Positions 60,861 through 64,000 of a stretch of 64,000 nucleotides of DNA are shown one piece after another. The DNA is taken from positions 280,426,001 to 280,490,000 of the forward strand of contig OZ024741.1 of assembly GCA_964016885.1 (NCBI GenBank), read 5' to 3'. Each line of letters starts with the position of its first letter. The first letter of the stretch is position 1. A model generated the notes under the pieces. That model saw only the letters and a list, made by a program, of their open reading frames with translations, made no database searches and had not been told where the DNA came from. The stretch comes from Eledone cirrhosa. Taxonomy: Eukaryota. The translations under genes and the position numbers were made by a program.

Positions 60861-63800
60861 TGTAAAAGAAATGACGATGTAATAATTGAAACGAGTATCA
60901 ATAACGACTTGTATTTATTGAAGTGTGCTTGTTACAATTTTGGTAGTAAAACGTACCTCGTGCCATGATATGGTGTAATGCTGAGATACAAGATAGGATT
61001 AGAAAATGCTTAAGATATCTGTGCTTGGTGTGGTCAGTTCTAGAGCCTGCTGGTAAAAAAGAGAGGGAAATTGCCCTTTCTTTTATAATCTCTGGAACGG
61101 AAGTTCAAGGAATATTCTAGAAATTCTACGGGAAGTAACTCTAGCTACTTCCCTTTGTCTAGAGAGCGCTACAAGATTCCCCTCTCAGACGAGAAGTCGA
61201 ATAACCAACCGAAGGTCATTGTAGCGAGAACCCAAAAGAAATGAACAGCAAAGCAAAGGTACAAGAAAGTGCATGAATAAAACATGAGCTCGCAACTGAA
61301 GCAAATAGCAAAAAAGCACAAAACAAGTAAATGCATTTTACAAAGAAAAAGTGTAAATGTAACAAAACTGATAATTCAAAGTTAACATAAAGGAGCAGAG
61401 AAAAATTAATGCTCAATGGTAAGTTCAAAGTTTCTTCAAAATCAAATAGTTCATACATCACCAGTGTACAGACTTTTCTGACACTAATTCTATCTGAAAC
61501 TGAAAAAAAAGTTTGTTAATGCCACTAGGGGTTAAATGTATATAGTTTTTGACAGTTTACGTGGCCATTTTACTGTTCTGCCACCTCGTGTGACATAAGG
61601 TTGTGTGGTATGTGGTGTTTGCGGTGGAGGTGAAGGTGTTGGTGTGGGAGTGAATGTATGTGGTGTATCAGGCATTGTAATGAGACTTTCAGAGAAAGCC
61701 CTCTTTGCTCTGTCAATGGATATTGTCACTTTTCGACCATTGACAGCCACTGTGAAATGTTTTGGTGTGTGCGAAAGCACACGAAAAGGTCCATTATAGG
61801 GTGACTTAAGCGGTCCCTTGACGGAATCATTCCATATAAAAATGTGTGTCCACGTAGAGATATCCGATGGAACAGCAGAAGATATAGACTGGTCACGAGG
61901 GTTCTTTGGTGAAAGATCCGAGAAGTAAGAACGAATCCTGGTGACATATGATGTTGGATCAAGATGCAATGAATCAACCGGGAAGAGTCAAGGTAAAGAA
62001 GTTCAGTTGAGGAGAAACCCAAATCTGTCTTAATGGCAGAACGACAACCAAGAAGCACGATTGGCAAAAATTCGGTCCAACGTTGCGGATCAGGAGTAGC
62101 GCGGAGTGCAGCTTTCAACTGTCTGTGAAACCTCTCCACCATTCCGTTGGAGGCTGGGTGACAGTTGGTCGTATGAATATGATGAGCACCCAAAAGTCGA
62201 GATATTTCACGAAATAAGGAAGCCTCGAACTGTCGTCTGCGATCCGTGGTTATTTTAGAAGGAACACCAAAGTGAGCAACCCAATTGGAAATGAAAGCTC
62301 GGGCAACGGACTCGGCTGTTATGACCACTAGGGGTATGGCTTCAGGCCACCGAGAGAAACAATCGATACAGGTCAATATATATGTGAACCCATGACTAAC
62401 GGGCCACAGACCAACAATATCCATGTGAATGTGACAGAAATGGGCGTCGGTGGGCTGAATTTACCAAGAGGAGCGCGAACATGCCGATAAATCTTAGAGC
62501 GCTGGCACTTCAAATGAGAAAGTGCCCAACCGGTGATTAAACGACGCATATTAGGCCAGAAAAATCAAGCTGTAATAAGTTTCACCGTGGCAGCTATGCC
62601 GGGATGCGACAAGGAATGAAGTGCATCAAAAACTGTACGTTGATGGCAATCTGGAACAAGTGGTCTGGGTGAGCCAGTAGAAATATCGCAGAGAATTTTC
62701 CCTTCAGAAGATGGAAGAGGTAAATATTCCAATTTGCAGCAGGAGAACTGGTCAGATGAAATGTCCAACGAATCCAAAGTAGGTTGGTCAGTTGCCATGG
62801 CAACCAAATCGATATGTGCAGGAGACGCAAGAGAACAAACAGAAAGTCAAGACAGTGCGTCTGTGGGTATGTTGGCAGCTCCGGCTATATGACGAATGTC
62901 ACTGGTGTACTGGAAGATGAGATCCAAATGCCTATATGCCCTTGGAGAGTACCTGTCGGACTTGGATTGGAGAGCGAATGTTAGCGGTTTATAGTTCCAA
63001 AAAATGGTGGAAGTGCTTCATGGCAAGATAGACCACCAAAAGTTCTCTGTCAAAGGTGCTGTATCTCTGTTCCGCTGGTTTAAGTTGGCGTGAGAAAAAT
63101 ACAAGTGGTTAAACCTGATGGTTGATCGTATGTTGCAAAACTGCTCCAACAGCATGATCGGACACATCAACAGTTAAAGAAAGCCTCGCGTTTGCAACGG
63201 GATGCGCGAGGAAAGAAACTTCAGCTATTTCGGACTTGACGGAGTCAAATGATTGCAAATTATCGGCAGAAAGTGCAATGGGTGCATCTTTCTTTTTCGC
63301 ATCCTTTAAAAGCTGCGTCAAGGGGAATAACTTTTCAGCACAGTTAGGAATAAAATGACGATAAAAGTTAATTAATCCCAAGAAATGACGTAACTGTCTC
63401 AGTGAGGTGGGGGGTGCGATACGCTGAATCGCTTCCACCTTAGATGGCAGAGGTCGAATGCCTTCTGAATCTATAAGATGTCCAAAGAATTCCAGTGAAG
63501 CTGTACCAAACACACATTTAGCTGGGTTGATTCTGAGTTGGTACGATTGAAGACGTTGAAATAACTGGGATAGATGTTGATGATGATGTTCAGCTGTGTC
63601 ACTGGTTATCAAGAGGTCATCCACGTAAGCAAACACGAAATCCAATCCACGTGTGACTTCATCGATAAAACGCTGGAACGTTCTAGAGGCATTCCGCAAA
63701 CCAAAAGGCATGGACAGAAATTCAAACGAACCAAAGGGGGTGGTCACAGCTGTTTTTGGTATGTCTTCTGGATTTATGGGTATTTGATGGTAAGCCCGTA

Positions 63801-64000
63801 CCAGATCTATTTTAGAAAATATCTTACATCCATGCAGAACGGATGAAAAATCCCGTAAATTTGGTAAAGGATAATGATCAGGTGTAGTGATGGCATTAAG
63901 TCTTCGATAATCTCCCACCGGCCTAAAACCCGCTTCACCCTTTCGAGCCAAGTGAAGCGGAGATTCCCATGGGCTGGTGGAAGGTCGAATAAGACCGAGC
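60861..64000 (-). mobile_element. Decayed Ty3/Gypsy LTR retrotransposon (RT-RH-INT-PPT-3' LTR), extends past the window end
   Basis: RT (DYRRLN, MPFGL, YVDD) at 63109-63951, integrase (HPGI, ITTD, NGMVERFHR, PYNGPF) with frameshifts and stops. PPT at about 61177-61186. LTR about 60861/60878-61173 with TGTAG...TTACA termini and AATAAA. Confidence 0.9.

Overview
Eukaryotic, AT-rich, repeat-dense genomic DNA. The SINE, LINE and microsatellite repertoire suggests an octopus or other coleoid cephalopod, which is an inference. One host gene runs on the + strand: a CCDC186 (C10orf118)-like coiled-coil gene. I traced 10 phase-compatible GT-AG coding exons between 11069 and 58642 (943 codons); the 3' end lies beyond the window. 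The introns hold an intact-ORF RTE-clade LINE with a C4HC3 PHD-type finger inside its RT region, plus many truncated copies and tRNA-head SINEs that share its tail. They also hold two decayed Ty3/Gypsy elements (one with a canonical -1 frameshift signal), CR1, L1/Tx1, CRE and R4-like LINE fragments, Penelope-like fragments with minimal hammerhead ribozyme motifs, piggyBac- and TcMar-type MITEs, a mariner fragment, a probable Helitron and a 4.2-kb 59-bp satellite. The most notable signals are the intact RTE-PHD element with partner SINEs, the hammerhead motifs, a ~125-bp-arm fold-back palindrome with one A:C mismatch, recurrent fold-back or templated junctions, a twin-priming-like inversion in a non-L1 LINE, and a retroelement tail that forms the 3' splice region of an exon. 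No prokaryotic system or CRISPR array is present, and I cannot claim a wholly new system from sequence alone.
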